From positions 69,381 through 133,380 of the forward strand of contig JAKMXF010000359.1 in NCBI GenBank assembly GCA_024704765.1: DNA of 64,000 nt. Reading direction: 5' to 3'. The stretch comes from Oopsacas minuta (lineage: Eukaryota; Animalia; Porifera). Shown one piece after another: positions 26,034-40,081 of this stretch. Positions within the stretch are counted from its first letter, which is position 1. Every line of letters begins with the position of its first letter. Position numbers and translations under genes: made by a program. The notes beneath the pieces were generated by a model. It searched no databases, was not told the origin of the DNA, and worked only from the letters and a program-made list of their open reading frames with translations.

Positions 26034-29000
26034 CAGGCACGTAGCTAGAGCAAGACATTCAGGGGGGCAAGAAGTATTTCGGGAGGGCAATTGCAGGGAT
26101 AAATATTTTTGAAAAGTTAATTACTTGTGTATAACAAGTACGACCCAGTCTCCTTTTCTTACATGTATAACTTTTTAATTCATAAAGTACCAGATTACTA
26201 GGCTAGGGAGCATTAGATTAGTCTACATTATAGTAAGAGCATTTATTAAGATACTAAACTCAATTCAGGGATACTATTTGACATTACAAAAGAAAGCGGC
26301 GGTGCTTCATCTGCTTAAAATGTTCGATCACATCATTATAACAAAGTGTTTCTGCAATATCTTTTTCAATAGATAACAGGGCAAGATGGTTGAGACGCTC
26401 AGTGGTCATTTGTGAGCGCAAACGTGTTTTTATTCTCTTAACAGATGAGAACATTCTCTCAACTTTGCAAGACGTCTGAGGGATAGTCACAAGAATTTGG
26501 TATAAGTTGAAAACATCAGGGAAAATATCTTTGTCAATCACATCCAGTACATCGATCAAAGTATTTAGCTGAGATTCATCTTTCGAGCAATAAACGAACG
26601 GAGAACTTCTATTTCACAATCTTTGATATCTATTGCATACAGTTCAGATAGTGTATTCAATTCCTGTTTGTTAAGAAAGTTTTGAGACCTTGGTAAGCAG
26701 CAATCAGCAGCCTTCATGATGCCTGATTGATCTGTACCAAAACGGGCATCCAATCCTGCTAAGATCTCGCGGACATTTTGGCGTAACAATATTTCAAGCT
26801 CTTCAAAGTTGGATGCGTTTGTGTGTCCAACAGAGCTATTTAGATATCCTTCTCTAAACCTTTCTGGAAGACGCCGTTGCCTGATTGTGTCTCTTACATC
26901 AAAATTTTCGATTTCATATTCACCAGACAAATCTTTGGCATATTCGACAACCTTGTCAAAATCGAAATTGACCAACCTTTCCCTCAGATCGGCAAGTAAT
27001 ATCAAACAAGAAGAAACAGTTGCTGTCGACTTCTGAAAAGCTTTAGTGCAAAAATCAGAGTAATCATACAGCCTACCAAAGTAAACTAAGATGGTCATAA
27101 ATTTCTTTGTTTGTAGACTACCTAGTAAAGATTTAGCTGCTAAACTTGTGTCTGCATCATTATCATTTCCAAATATGCTTAAAGTATCAAGTATGCAATC
27201 AAACCGACGCAGAAACCTTTCCACCTCCAAAGAACGGGAAGACCAACGAGTACTACATGAACGTGCAAGTTCAAGAGCTTGGACGTTGGGGGATAGCGCT
27301 CATCCTGGACGTCTATGAAAACTGCATGTCGCTTTGTTCCATTCATGAACGAATACGTCAAATCCAATATATCAAAGAAAGATTTCATCAGAGGATGTCG
27401 TTCAGCAGTTGCAGCTAATACTAAGTTAAGCCTATGTGAAGCACAATGAACATATGTGGCATTGCGATAACCTGCTCCTTTCATGCGGGCTTGGACACCA
27501 CCGTGTATTCCTGACATAACACTAGCCCCGTCGTAACCCTGCCCTACACATTTCAGAGGATCGAGCTCAAAAGGCTTAAGTAGCTCTATCAGTTTTTCAG
27601 AGATGGTGCCCGCATCCATGTCCTTCAATTCAATAAAGCCAATAGCTCTTTCTCGGACATTACCTTTATGGATATATCGCAAAGAAGCACCTAACAACTC
27701 CTTCTTAGATGCATCTTTTACTTCGTCAGCTAGAATAGCATAACAAGACGCGATTTCTACTTCACTTTTAACATAGTCTAGAAGCACTGAAGCGAGTGAT
27801 GTAAGCAAATCATTTTGAATATCTGGACTTAGCATTTTTGCATTTCCTGGAAGACTTTCTATCCTCTTGGTCACATTGCTATCATATTTTCCTAAAAGTT
27901 CTAATATTTCAAGAAAGTTCCCTTTATTAAGCGACTGATCTGATTCATCATCTCCTCGAAGAGGAATATCTTGTTTGACACAAAAAGTAATAATGTCAAG
28001 AACAGTCATTAAATGTTTCCGATTGTCATCTATGAATTTCTCATTTCGAAAATTGGGATCCAGTTGCTTATCTACCGTCCCTATTATTTGATGAATTGGC
28101 CAGACTTTCTGTGTTTCAACAGCTGCCATATGACACACAGAACTATCGTGCTTCCTGCACTTGTCGCCAAGTTTCCTCCAGTCACAAAGTCCTTTTGTTG
28201 AAAAAGTTGCTTCAGCTGTTGATCCTCCAAAAAGCCGACACGGTTGGCAAAATATAGCATCGAGTTCTTTGCTATACTCTATCCAGGAGAATTGGGCATA
28301 CCAATGAGTACTAAAATGTCTACCGGCCTCATTTTTTGGGAAGATAATAGAAGGCTGCCTCGGTTTCTCACCATTGTTGGACAAATCATTTACAGTCACA
28401 ATTGGTGATTGTATATGAGTCGTGTTTAAACTTGGAGTTGAAATAGTTGTACAAGAATCGGAAGTTAAAGGGGTCGAAACTTGAATACTCGTAACAACAG
28501 GCTCTACCTCCTCATAATTTGAAGAGACGACATGATCTTCGATTTCTATTCGATTTCTTTTAAAATATGCCTGAACTTTGCTTTGTTGTAGTCTTTTAGT
28601 CATCTAGAATTGTTTGAGATACGAGTCACTGAACTGATTGAAGAACAGAAAATGTGAAAGATTTGATGATATAGAATGACTTTATAACTTATAGAGAATA
28701 TCTGAAATTGGCTTCACTCATGTGTAAATTTCAAAACAAGCTTTGAAAACTGAAACCCTAAGAGCATCACCAATGCTTCAATTACTTCAATGGACAGTCT
28801 AACTTCTGACAACAATTACTAGCGGTCGTGGTAATTCAATTAAAATTATAGTCGAAATTCAGTGCCTGTCAAAATAGAACAAGTTTACTATCAATGAGCG
28901 TTACTTCCTGTCTAGTATTAAAACCATCATCGCAACGCGAGTTATTAATTTCATAGTTTTGACGATGCAGTTGAAGTACATAGGCTATTAATTACAGTGG

Positions 29001-29229
29001 AGTTCGCTTATTAGCAACTCGGATTTTGCAGAGATTCGGTTGCTAATAGGACAACGAAATTAACATTATAATCCCGTTTGGGACCCGAAAGCTGGTTGCT
29101 AATAGAGCAATATTACTAATAAGCTAACTACATTGTATATAAAAACAAAACTTCCAAATTTATCTGGGGGGCGAGAAAAACTTTTGGGGGGGCGACTGCC
29201 CCCCCTTGACCCCCGTAGCTACGTACCTG
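26034..29229 (-). mobile_element. hAT element (TTF-type Zn finger / DUF4371 / dimerisation-domain transposase), left copy
   Basis: TIR cagg(c/t)acgtagcta; ORFs 27179-28603, 26565-27230, 26284-26559 (YSKELDAIFCQPC, ILADEVKD, GQGYDGASVMSG, HCASHRLNL, SCKVERMFS). Confidence 0.95.
28995..29135. mobile_element. Decayed Tigger-type MITE carried inside the hAT 5' region (twin at 32916-33056)
   Basis: TA|cagtggagttcgcttattagcaa ... ttactaataagctaactacattg|TA. Confidence 0.7.
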
Positions 29230-31465
29230 ATTTAGCCAATGAGAAAATGCCTTACTTCAACATGTACATCTAATGAGGGTCAGAATATCAGAATCGGAAA
29301 TATAAGGGGATTCAGATATTTGGGTATAGAATTATATTCTGAAAGTCATTAGATACAATAGGGGTGCAAATTATCGCTGCCATGACCCATGTTCCTAGAA
29401 ATTAATCCTACAATGAAGGGACATTTTCTCACAGGAGGCTGTTTTCATTAATGGTAAAAGTGAAATATATACAGTTAAAAATAATGGAATTGTATATTGG
29501 GAATAAATAGTTAGTATTTTATGTTTTGTTTCAACTTAGGGATTAAAATAGTTCTGGATACTACATCTTTCTAAATTTAACTCTTTGAATCATTATGAGG
29601 AAGAAAATCTATAATAGCATAGTAGTAAAATTACAATAATTTTTAATTATCTTTGTAAATTTTGCTGTTAGTGCTACGAGTGTGAAGTTGCCTAGTATTC
29701 GATAATCTGAACTTGAATCACAAATTATACTCGCCCGTACACATGAGTTAATTCAATTGGTACCATTCGATAGAGGATGGCTGAACGTTTTAGGCAATAG
29801 AAATTATTTTCAAAAATTTTGCTTTATAAAGCACAAAATTCACAAACCACAAAAATTTCAAGTATGCCAATATTAACAAGGAAATCCCCATATATTACTC
29901 CTTATTAAACCGTAATATATTTAGTAACACCAGAACTAAAATTTTTCGAGATTCCAATTATATTATACACACTGGGTTAACTTGCTATAGAGTCAATAAA
30001 AGTTGACTGTCCAGGTAGTTCAGAAGTCCAAGGTTTCAAAAAGGAGTCACTAGATGAAGGATAAATTTGAGAATACAATGTTGCGACATTCGAGGAACAT
30101 TACTGCGTAACCAGGCAAGATATATTCCCGAAAATAGTCACTAACCTCACAAAAATGTGAAATATTTCACTGATAGTACACTCGCTTAAAAAACAAAAGG
30201 AACGATCATGCATTTTGACACAGTAGAATTATCAGACACTTTGAGGTTGTTCCACAACACAAATTACTCATCCTCGGGTTTAGTTCTAACTCCAATTTCC
30301 ATTGTCGGCCACAATAGATCACTTAATCGACATACTTTGAAGGTGTTAAAATTCAGCTAACGGCCACAATCTAATCCATTCCGATATTCGTAAACAGGAT
30401 AAATTCCCAATTGGTAGATTGATCAATTCAACAGATATTGTTCATAGCAACGGAAAAATATCTCAGGAATATGAAAATATTACATTCTCAAAATTATACG
30501 CGTGTTACTCACATATTTTGTCATTGAAGCGATTATGCAAAATGGACATATTTATAATGGACGGGATAATTATTAGTTTGTGTCAGACCGATTATATACA
30601 TTATCCTTCACAAATATTCTTAGGTAATTAATAAAATAGATCAAATGATTACCACACCTGTCTATTATGGTTAAAATCTATAGCGATCACCTGTATGCAA
30701 CCGCTACTTTAAATAGCTCCTTCTGTGGACGTTAGAGATCACCTGGGAATCTTTGTTAATTCCAGGGGTCTAACCGGGAAATTATAACACATTTATATAA
30801 TAATAAAATTTAAACCAAGGTTGGATCCGAATAGTTAAATATTCGGTTACCAACAGAATATTAGTACGTATTAGATATTCAGTCGGCTGAAACCGAATAG
30901 TATCAGTAGTCTTCAGTTGAATCAAAAGAATATTATCAGTATAGGTTAAGGCTACCATTCATGAATATACTGATATAAGGCGTGAGGGGTTTCAACCTTG
31001 CTTAGCATTTACCGAGAGTTTGCAGTCATTAGATTGAACATGAAATATAAAAATCACGATTTAAAGTGCAAGGTAATTATAGACTTTGAAATAGTAGTCT
31101 GAATTCCTGCAATACTTTTAGAACTAAATACTATTTCTAACCTCAGAATTATGGCCATTTGCTATAACAATAGTTCACAACATATTGAATAAATAGATTA
31201 GATCTTTTTATTACGCATGTTTATGTAGCATTAAATCCCGGGCTCAATCCTGTCCGGGAAAAATATTTTCCAAATAGATAACTAGTGGCAGTTATAGACA
31301 AGTTGACAATACAAGTTGTACTTGTCCCTGCAAGATGTAGGCAAGTTAGATCTGAGTTTTCATAGTTATATGCACAAGCCATCTTCATTCTGGGAATTAC
31401 GCTGCTGAAACGAGGCAGGAAGTTCTAATCATCTTTGGAATTAGATGCCTTCAGTAATCGCAATA

Positions 31466-31866
31466 CAGTATTTCCTTGAATAGTAGCCAGGGGCATTATA
31501 CGTCTCAAGGACCATAAGAGGAGGTTAAGGCATTTGTAAATAGGTTAATTTGTTAAAAAGGTTAATTTTGTTTTGTAATCCGTACTTGTTTTTATCCCAA
31601 GTCAAGGCAGCAAGAAGATTTAAATTGGTCAGGGTGACCAATACAAAATATATTGAGTTATTAAAGTTGGCCCCGATGAGCTAATACTAGTCTTATTAGC
31701 AGTCAAGGATTGGCCCAGTTGAAACATGACAGACAAGAGCGTTTCCCACGGCCAGGAAAGTAAAAGTAGTTAAATGAATATACAGAGAAGGAATTATTCT
31801 TTTAGGTATATATAAGAATTTCTTACGCTCTCAGGAGGTGAAGGGGCTCTATTCAGGGAAATATGG
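31466..31866. mobile_element. pogo/Tigger-type MITE in the inverted spacer
   Basis: TA|cagtatttccttgaatag ... ctattcagggaaatatgg|TA. Confidence 0.5.
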
Positions 31867-32819
31867 TATCTCATAACTAAAACCCTTTCTTCTAAATAGT
31901 AAGGGGAATAACAACAATACTCTCGAACTAGTTTGGGAAATTACACATAATCCAGAGGAGAAAGTTCAACGTTGAGATCAATCAACTATCAAATGCTATA
32001 CTCCAATTACATACTTACATCTACGTACTATGTATTTGCATGACTCTAACTGGAATTAGATAACTTATTTTTTTGCAGACTATTTTGATGTAAATGCAGT
32101 ACACCATCAATTACCTGAGCACCTTTGAATACACTTTCAAGTTATGTGTTGGAAAACTGAAATAGAATATTTTCCTATATAAATATCACTGCTTATGCAT
32201 ATCCAATATACAAGATTTTGGAATTTGAATATATGAATGTATACCTTCGCCCTATGGGTGTAAGATGGTCACATCATTCGTAGACCTAGTTCTAAAGTAA
32301 TATAAAGCAGGCTTCTGAGATGAAGGTGGAATAATTTTGAATATACACTAATCGAACACAATTACTTGCACACCACAATAAATACAATTCTAAATCCTGG
32401 AAACAGGGCGAATATTTGATTTTGCAAACTATAATATCCCTCAAAGAACTATTCGGCTAGGAAAATTAACTTTTCCTGCCCAAGTAGTATTTTAGAATTA
32501 CACATTTTAAAGCTTGACTATATTAAATAGATAATGAGTTATGAATATCTATTCCACTCTTAATTGTACAAAATTCAAATGAGATGGAGCAATTTAGATC
32601 TAAGGATGTGTATTACTCCAGTATCAATTTTTCGAACTGATTAGAGTAAATCTTGTTGACTTGTTAGCATTTTCATATTTATGCAACAAGTGACAGAAGT
32701 GGCACATTCGAAAGTATGTATGCACAACTTCGTATGTTGATTAATATGTTCAAAATCGACATATCAAACTATACAAATATTTTAAATTTGTTTAGAGAGT
32801 GGTAAGTGATTTCATACAC

Positions 32820-35800
32820 CAGGTACGTAGCTACGGGGGGGGCAAGGGGGGGCAGTCGCCCCCCCAAAAGTTTTTCCCGCCCCCCAGATAAATTTGGAAG
32901 TTTTGTTTTTATATACAATGTAGTTAGCTTATTAGTAATATTGCTCTATTAGCAACCAGCTTTCGGGTCCCAAACGGGATTATAATGTTAATTTCGTTGC
33001 CCTATTAGCAACCGAATCTCTGCAAAATCCGAGTTGCTAATAAGCGAACTCCACTGTAATTAATAGCCTATGTACTTCAACTGCATCGTCAAAACTATGA
33101 AATTAATAACTCGCGTTGCGATGATGGTTTTAATACTAGACAGGAAGTAACGCTCATTGATAGTAAACTTGTTCTATTTTGACAGGCACTGAATTTCGAC
33201 TATAATTTTAATTGAATTACCACGACCGCTAGTAATTGTTGTCAGAAGTTAGACTGTCCATTGAAGTAATTGAAGCATTGGTGATGCTCTTAGGGTTTCA
33301 GTTTTCAAAGCTTGTTTTGAAATTTACACATGAGTGAAGCCAATTTCAGATATTCTCTATAAGTTATAAAGTCATTCTATATCATCAAATCTTTCACATT
33401 TTCTGTTCTTCAATCAGTTCAGTGACTCGTATCTCAAACAATTCTAGATGACTAAAAGACTACAACAAAGCAAAGTTCAGGCATATTTTAAAAGAAATCG
33501 AATAGAAATCGAAGATCATGTCGTCTCTTCAAATTATGAGGAGGTAGAGCCTGTTGTTACGAGTATTCAAGTTTCGACCCCTTTAACTTCCGATTCTTGT
33601 ACAACTATTTCAACTCCAAGTTTAAACACGACTCATATACAATCACCAATTGTGACTGTAAATGATTTGTCCAACAATGGTGAGAAACCGAGGCAGCCTT
33701 CTATTATCTTCCCAAAAAATGAGGCCGGTAGACATTTTAGTACTCATTGGTATGCCCAATTCTCCTGGATAGAGTATAGCAAAGAACTCGATGCTATATT
33801 TTGCCAACCGTGTCGGCTTTTTGGAGGATCAACAGCTGAAGCAACTTTTTCAACAAAAGGACTTTGTGACTGGAGGAAACTTGGCGACAAGTGCAGGAAG
33901 CACGATAGTTCTGTGTGTCATATGGCAGCTGTTGAAACACAGAAAGTCTGGCCAATTCATCAAATAATAGGGACGGTAGATAAGCAACTGGATCCCAATT
34001 TTCGAAATGAGAAATTCATAGATGACAATCGGAAACATTTAATGACTGTTCTTGACATTATTACTTTTTGTGTCAAACAAGATATTCCTCTTCGAGGAGA
34101 TGATGAATCAGATCAGTCGCTTAATAAAGGGAACTTTCTTGAAATATTAGAACTTTTAGGAAAATATGATAGCAATGTGACCAAGAGGATAGAAAGTCTT
34201 CCAGGAAATGCAAAAATGCTAAGTCCAGATATTCAAAATGATTTGCTTACATCACTCGCTTCAGTGCTTCTAGACTATGTTAAAAGTGAAGTAGAAATCG
34301 CGTCTTGTTATGCTATTCTAGCTGACGAAGTAAAAGATGCATCTAAGAAGGAGTTGTTAGGTGCTTCTTTGCGATATATCCATAAAGGTAATGTCCGAGA
34401 AAGAGCTATTGGCTTTATTGAATTGAAGGACATGGATGCGGGCACCATCTCTGAAAAACTGATAGAGCTACTTAAGCCTTTTGAGCTCGATCCTCTGAAA
34501 TGTGTAGGGCAGGGTTACGACGGGGCTAGTGTTATGTCAGGAATACACGGTGGTGTCCAAGCCCGCATGAAAGGAGCAGGTTATCGCAATGCCACATATG
34601 TTCATTGTGCTTCACATAGGCTTAACTTAGTATTAGCTGCAACTGCTGAACGACATCCTCTGATGAAATCTTTCTTTGATATATTGGATTTGACGTATTC
34701 GTTCATGAATGGAACAAAGCGACATGCAGTTTTCATAGACGTCCAGGATGAGCGCTATCCCCCAACGTCCAAGCTCTTGAACTTGCACGTTCATGTAGTA
34801 CTCGTTGGTCTTCCCGTTCTTTGGAGGTGGAAAGGTTTCTGCGTCGGTTTGATTGCATACTTGATACTTTAAGCATATTTGGAAATGATAATGATGCAGA
34901 CACAAGTTTAGCAGCTAAATCTTTACTAGGTAGTCTACAAACAAAGAAATTTATGACCATCTTAGTTTACTTTGGTAGGCTGTATGATTACTCTGATTTT
35001 TGCACTAAAGCTTTTCAGAAGTCGACAGCAACTGTTTCTTCTTGTTTGATATTACTTGCCGATCTGAGGGAAAGGTTGGTCAATTTCGATTTTGACAAGG
35101 TTGTCGAATATGCCAAAGATTTGTCTGGTGAATATGAAATCGAAAATTTTGATGTAAGAGACACAATCAGGCAACGGCGTCTTCCAGAAAGGTTTAGAGA
35201 AGGATATCTAAATAGCTCTGTTGGACACACAAACGCATCCAACTTTGAAGAGCTTGAAATATTGTTACGCCAAAATGTCCGCGAGATCTTAGCAGGATTG
35301 GATGCCCGTTTTGGTACAGATCAATCAGGCATCATGAAGGCTGCTGATTGCTGCTTACCAAGGTCTCAAAACTTTCTTAACAAACAGGAATTGAATACAC
35401 TATCTGAACTGTATGCAATAGATATCAAAGATTGTGAAATAGAAGTTCTCCGTTCGTTTATTGCTCGAAAGATGAATCTCAGCTAAATACTTTGATCGAT
35501 GTACTGGATGTGATTGACAAAGATATTTTCCCTGATGTTTTCAACTTATACCAAATTCTTGTGACTATCCCTCAGACGTCTTGCAAAGTTGAGAGAATGT
35601 TCTCATCTGTTAAGAGAATAAAAACACGTTTGCGCTCACAAATGACCACTGAGCGTCTCAACCATCTTGCCCTGTTATCTATTGAAAAAGATATTGCAGA
35701 AACACTTTGTTATAATGATGTGATCGAACATTTTAAGCAGATGAAGCACCGCCGCTTTCTTTTGTAATGTCAAATAGTATCCCTGAATTGAGTTTAGTAT

Positions 35801-36017
35801 CTTAATAAATGCTCTTACTATAATGTAGACTAATCTAATGCTCCCTAGCCTAGTAATCTGGTACTTTATGAATTAAAAAGTTATACATGTAAGAAAAGGA
35901 GACTGGGTCGTACTTGTTATACACAAGTAATTAACTTTTCAAAAATATTTATCCCTACAATTGCCCTCCCGAAATACTTCTTGCCCCCCTGAATGTCTTG
36001 CTCTAGCTACGTGCCTG
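32820..36017 (+). mobile_element. hAT element, right copy (inverted twin of 26034-29229)
   Basis: Same TIRs; all three ORF translations identical to the left copy, including two shared frameshifts. Confidence 0.95.
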
Positions 36018-37102
36018 GACTAAATTGTGGATTTAATTGATATTATCGGTGTTTTTGTCTTCCAAACTGCGAGTTAGAAAATATACAATTACCATCTCCA
36101 AAAACATTGACCTAATGAAATCACCTACTTTCATTCTTTTTCAATATTACCTTTTCTATCTGGTAGAACATTAACTGGCGTATTGATTTACACAAAATTA
36201 TTCACTTCCTTCAAGGTATTAATTGCATATAATATGCCTATTGAAAATCATTTTTTCCCGGGTAATAAAGTACATTATTTCATTTTACTTGATAAGTGCT
36301 ACCTCCAATATCAAGGTTATTCTCAATAACCTTGATATTGGATTTAGTGCTCTCATATTATATGTATTTTCAAAATGCCTACAAAAGGGATACCTTTGCC
36401 TGTAAGTTACGCCAATTAATTTTACAGTTTCATCCTCAAATTCCTTAGATATTTTGTTACTAATTTCTATCTCTATGCAAATTATTGCCAGTCAATTTAG
36501 AAATCTCTGATTATTTTATGTTGTAACTTGTTGCAGTTAATTGTAATTGATCTGCCTCATTTACCACAGACTAATTATAGAATGCTCAAGAAGTCTTGAT
36601 TTCAAAATTTCAAAATTTTCATATGGGTAGTACTAGTCCATGTTGTTTAACGATAATATCTGAATTGCTGCTAATCATTCTAATTCTGAGCATTTTATTA
36701 GTTGATCAATTTTATTAATTCCATACATACCTAAGATTGTAGTTCTCAATTGTATAACTAATTCCTAGAATTCTTAGAAAGTTCGTGAATAAGTGCCATG
36801 AACTAGATCGATATCTTTCATCACTTCATTTAGTTTAATGAAACTGATTGTAGAAGATACAGACTCAATCATTGCCACCATGTGCCACTTGTTCCCATCT
36901 TTTTGCAATGGGGGCAATTGAAAAACGTGGTACAATAGTGATACTCGACGTTAATTTTCAAACATTTCAATATCTAATAGAATATTCAAGCATCTTCAAT
37001 TGTAAATTCGGATGTGCCATTGTCAGAACTAGATTGCAACTTCTCATTTAATGCATATCCAATTCTGCAATTATTCGATTTAGTTTATTACTTGTTTTTT
37101 AG

Positions 37103-37287
37103 GTACTGGTGAAGCTGGAAAGACCACATTTATTAAACAAATGAGGATAATTCATGGAGTTGAGTATGACGAAAATGAAATATTAGAGTTTAAAAAAACT
37201 ATTTTTCAAAATATTTATGACGCTATTGCAAAATTAGGAGATGCAATGATTGAGTTCAAAATATCTTATAGGACAAATCTCCCTGAG
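37103..37287 (+). CDS. GNAQ-like: G-alpha exon 2: GTGEAGKTTFIKQMRIIHG...YRTNLPE
   Basis: P-loop and KQMRIIHG; acceptor ttttttag, donor GTAAGT; 185 nt. Confidence 0.96.
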
Positions 37288-37667
37288 GTAAGTGTCTCCT
37301 TTAGAATTTTGATTGCCTATCGTTTCTGAAGTGATATGTGGCAATGTAGTAAGTTCAGCAAATTTGATCATGGATTTGTGACCCCTCCCTCAAGTAAACA
37401 CTTGTATCTATAGAACCGTTGGGTTTTACTCGAAGGATAGTATTTTATCATTGTAGAAATTCATTTCTTCGATTAGAGTTCTAAAATTTGGAAATTCTGC
37501 CAATTATTTTGTCTATATTACTCATTATTTTCGAAATTTTCTGCGTCTTATCTGTATATCCAATGTAATGCTAAAAACTAACATTGAAATCAAATTTTAT
37601 ATTATCAAATGATGTTTTACAAATATACAAATTTATTTTGCATAATTTGCACATTCCTGAATAATTA

Positions 37668-38962
37668 CAAGGGTTGTTCAATAAATAGTGAGACTGTTTT
37701 TCATAATTCATATAGTAACCCGATACTTATCATAATTGATTATCAAATGTTTCGATAAATTCCCCCTTAAACTATATGCATCGTTTCCATCGTTTTGGTA
37801 ACTTTTCCATCCCAGTGTGGTATAGAATTCTTTAGGTGTCCCTTTTTCCCACTGTTTTCTTTCGTACTCCAGCCGTTTGAAATCCTCAAATCCCTTCCCT
37901 CGAAGAGGTCCCCTCATCTCTCCAAACAGCCAGTAGCCGCTGGGAGCCAGGTCTGGACTATGCGGGGATGAGGGAGGCATTCAAACCCTAAGTCGTCAAT
38001 TGCAGTCATTGTCTTGGAGCTTACATGGGGCCTTGCGTTGTCATGTTGCAGCAGTACGCCACGTGTTAACTTTCTCTCGCCTCTCACGTTTATTCGCTTG
38101 ACGCAATTCGTTCAATTCGTCAACGTAATAATCACTGTTCATGGTTGTCTTCTCAGGCAACCAGTCGAGGTGGATAATTCCTTCCCTATCCCAAAGTACT
38201 GTTGTCACTCTCTTCCCTGCTGATTTTGCGGCCTTTACTTTGATATGTACCAGTTCATCACGTCCCTTCCACTGCTTCGATTGAGTTTTACCCTCTGGTT
38301 CATAATAATGAAACCAAGTTTAATCCCCCTTTACTATACGTTCCAAAAGTCTTCCTCTACCAGATATCATGAAAGTAATTCTTTGCTAACTCTGACCCTT
38401 TCGCGTTTTTGTTCTTTTGAAAGAAGTTTCGAGACGCAACGCGCAGTTACCTTCGACATTTCCAGATCTTCAGTAATAATCGAGTGTAGTGTGGCTTTTG
38501 ATATACCTACCCTCTCTTCTAACTCTCGCAGGGTTATTCGTCTGTCCTCCTCGATATTTCTGCGGGTTTTGGAGGAAGTCGCACAACCTGGAAGAGGATC
38601 ATCGTGGCGGACCTTATCGCCATTATCAAAACGTTCGATCCATCTATATATGGTGGCTTTCGAAGGACATTCATCTCCGAAAATATCCTGCATTTCACGA
38701 ATAATGTATGAGTCAGTCTTCCCCTTTTTCCACAGGTACCAAAATATTTGTCGTTTTCCTTCTTTGCTAAAATCCACTAGTTAAAAAAAGTAGCCTATGC
38801 AAATGAAACTTTATACTGAAGAATATGCTAGGAGAGTAAAGAGTATTGTGTATAGAAGTTAGACAATCAAGTTAGGCTTGTAATCTGATATTAGGCTTAG
38901 AGCTGTATTAACTAGAATATGAATCCGATACATTAGTCTTATTACTTATTGAACAACCATTG
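37668..38962 (-). mobile_element. mariner (DD34D-type) element G, defective
   Basis: TIR caagggttgttcaataa; fragments 38367-38777 and 37708-37980; HDNARPH...SPDLAPSGYW (third Asp replaced by Gly). Confidence 0.92.
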
Positions 38963-40081
38963 CATAACCCGAAATCATTGAATTATGATCGAATCAGGAT
39001 AGCTAATTTAAGGTAAATTTCAAGCTTAACATATCCTTGTAGTACAATTAGACAAAGTATTCCATACCAATGTGACCTAATCATGGTTATGCCCATATAT
39101 GGTCATTTCAAGATTGCGAAATTAACTTTAGCGATATCATATCAAACGTATCACAAGTATACGTTAAGTTGGATCCGGAATATATATTGGTTATCCTGAT
39201 TTGACTATAATTTCAACGATTATCGAGTCATATGTTGATTTTGACAAACTTCACCCATGTTCTCTACTGTAACTCAGAAGCGTGCCAACTAATCATAAAA
39301 ATTTTTATCATATTTTCTGTAGAACAATTTACAGATATACATGCGATCGAAGTTAGGTCAATTTAGAGGAATTTATTTTGTAAATTAATGCTTATTAATC
39401 AAATATATTGGCACAAATAGAAAAATTTGCTCTATTGGACTGATGGAATGTATTTCTAACATTATGGTATACTAACTAAGCAGGAAGTGAAATTAGTGCA
39501 TATATGTCTAAAACTGTCTGATGTCGATATAATAAGGATATCACTATAAATTGAAGGTGTTTAGGTAAACCCTGTTATCCACGGACTTCTTAAAATTGAC
39601 TTCATTTACGCTAATGATATATTTCTTGCGCAGAAAGTCAACTGGATAAGGAAATTTGAGAATATTATAATATATGGAAAGATGTATATATCTCATATCG
39701 TACATCCTACAAATATTTTCAGGATACAAATATGACCGTTTGACACATAAAATATGACTTACTAGAGTACAATAATGCATTATTAGTGTTCAGTATTAGC
39801 AGATTCCGGGATATCAAGAAGTTTACTATCCTGTTATGGCCTAAGCTAATCTCACAGTATAACGAAGGCCATGTATCTAAGGACTCTGAACTGGGACATA
39901 AACCAGTATTCACAGATGGTGTCATTCAAGATTGGATCATAAATTTAAAAGATAGAATATGAAGATATTGTGGCATGGAAAGTAGGGATCACACTAAGTA
40001 CATATTTGTAAATCACTTAAAAACAGAAATACAAGATATCCAGTCTTGATTATTGGCAAATTGTACCATCCCCGGTATCTA

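Noticed and set aside
33448-35767. 474-aa ORF as a host ZMYM1-like gene, or programmed frameshifting across the three ORFs
   Set aside because: It lies between hAT TIRs in two copies. There is no slippery heptamer or small GT-AG intron at the breaks, so ordinary frameshift mutations suffice.
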